NCBI GenBank assembly: GCA_028534125.1
Contig: CM052818.1
Coordinates: 17,424,001-17,488,000 of the forward strand
Source: Lama glama
Taxonomy: Eukaryota
DNA: 64,000 nt
Reading direction: 5' to 3'
Shown here: piece by piece, positions 62,580-64,000 of the stretch
Position numbering within the stretch: position 1 is the first letter of the stretch
Layout: each line of letters opens with the position of its first letter
The notes under the pieces: generated by a model
What the model saw: only the letters and a program-made list of their open reading frames with translations
Database searches by the model: none
What the model was told of the DNA's origin: nothing
Translations under genes and position numbers: made by a program

Positions 62580-62703
62580 ATTGAACTAACCACTTGAACA
62601 CTTGAAATGTGAGCTAGAATGACTAGGAAGTTACGTTTTTTTACTTTAATTTAATTTTAATTAAGTACGTCGGGGCTAGTGGCTACCATATTGGACAGAG
62701 CAG
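62580..62703 (-). mobile_element. MER33/MER3-like hAT MITE
   Basis: ttgaacacttgaaatgtgagctag...ttaatttaattttaattaa...ggctagtggctaccatattggacagagcag. Confidence 0.85.
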
Positions 62704-62719
62704 GTACAGACAAAAGTCT

Positions 62720-63260
62720 TCAGGCCTAGGTAATTCTGGAGGATGTGAGAGAAGATTGTGGTCATGGTGAGAAGTCTGTGATTGAGTAACGTGGTGGATG
62801 ATTCATTTATTTCAATGGCAGCTCAGGCACCAGTGTGAAGAAGATGGACTACAGAGAGAAGGGATGGTGGCAAGCTGAGAGATAAAATGGCCTGACAAGG
62901 GCAGTGGCAATGAGTCTGAAAGAGCACAGGGACACATTCCGTAAATATAATCAGTAAAATTAGGTTACCAGCACCTGTGAAAGATAAGAGGCTGTAGAGG
63001 ACTCTTAACATCTTTAACTTGGAAAGTTTAATGAATGCCAATGCTTACTAGAAAAAAAATGAAAGAGGAGGAGTAGCTTTTGTAGAAGGAAGAGCAAATC
63101 CAATGTTTTAAATATTTAGTTAGAAATGACACACGGATATTAAGATGCCTGGAGTTTCTTAAATTTTAGGGAAAAAAAGATGAAAATTAATAGAAGTTGG
63201 ATCACTTGAAATATGTTGAACGTATCTTTCGATCAAGAGATACATAACCATCCTAAAGTC
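62720..63260 (-). mobile_element. L2 fragment (degraded)
   Basis: gagataaaatggcctgacaagggcagtggcaatg...aggactcttaacatctttaacttgga...aatgttttaaatatttagttagaaatgac. Confidence 0.6.
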
Positions 63261-64000
63261 GTTGTTAATGTACTCTCTCTTTTTATTCTGATTAGGGCAT
63301 CATTGTATACTCAAGGAAACTTTAATGAATGAAGCAAGTTTATGCATAGATTAGTGAGTAGAGGAGAGGCCTGGAAAGTACAAGAACCATCCTGGCACTG
63401 CCATTTTTTTTTTCTGGGAGCTTTGACAAAGTGAGAAAATGTGTCTATTTTCTTACATTTATACAACTGTTGTATAAGGGGTCGTGTTCTCCTGTATCAT
63501 TTGCTTCTCTGGGTACACAAATAGTCCATTTAAATTTTCCACCATATATAAGATGATTCTCCGAGTTATTTCCCCAGGATAGATGATTAATCGTGAGGAT
63601 TACATCTCTACTTCTTCACCAGCAGTTAAGCAAAATGTCCACTCTTTGTCTCTGTGGGTCAGTCATCATCTGAAGTCTTAACTTCATTCCTGTCCCAAGC
63701 AGGTGGCTCCAGTGGATGAAAAGTGGGTTCCACCAAGTGAGCGATGCCTGTGTATGTTCATGACATCAGTTTCTCTAGCAATCACTTGTTAAAGTCAAAT
63801 TTGACAAACAATAAGCCACTTCTTCTGTGGCAATGACTCTCCCTCTTTCTGCTCCACTATTTCAGGCAAAAGCTGTGCCTTTGCTTAAAGGCTTCTATTT
63901 GCACTACTTAAAGTTGTACTCTTAGGGAACTCTTAACGTGAACTTGAAAAATAGGCTTTCAACCTAGTGGTGATTATACACACTGTATATTTAACCCTGC

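Noticed and set aside
1..64000. Prokaryote-type systems (CRISPR arrays, operons, defence islands) or an intact endogenous virus
   Set aside because: No regular repeat-spacer array, no ORF above 131 aa and no gag/pol/env peptides. The sequence is mammalian non-coding DNA.

Overview
AT-rich, non-coding mammalian genomic DNA, either intronic or intergenic. It is most likely camelid: two copies of a tRNA-derived SINE match my recollection of the camelid Vic-1 family, and there are several young cetartiodactyl-type L1 3' ends. I can support no protein-coding gene, rRNA, real tRNA or CRISPR array. The ORF track is almost entirely short chance ORFs; the only recognisable peptides are relics of L1 ORF2 and L2 reverse transcriptase. 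The window is a layered transposon record: MIR, L2, L3/CR1, old L1M, MaLR (MLT1) LTRs, hAT MITEs (MER20, MER5, MER33), young L1 ends with target-site duplications (TSDs), SINEs and microsatellites. The most notable items are: (1) a MER41-like LTR fragment that looks retrocopied by L1 machinery (12-bp TSD, ends just after its polyA signal); (2) a two-LTR MaLR provirus with nearly all of its internal region deleted; (3) a CpG-enriched patch built on an old MIR next to a strong splice donor; (4) a few isolated candidate exons. I found no convincing new biological system. Repeat family names come from recalled consensus sequences, and boundaries of old repeats are approximate.
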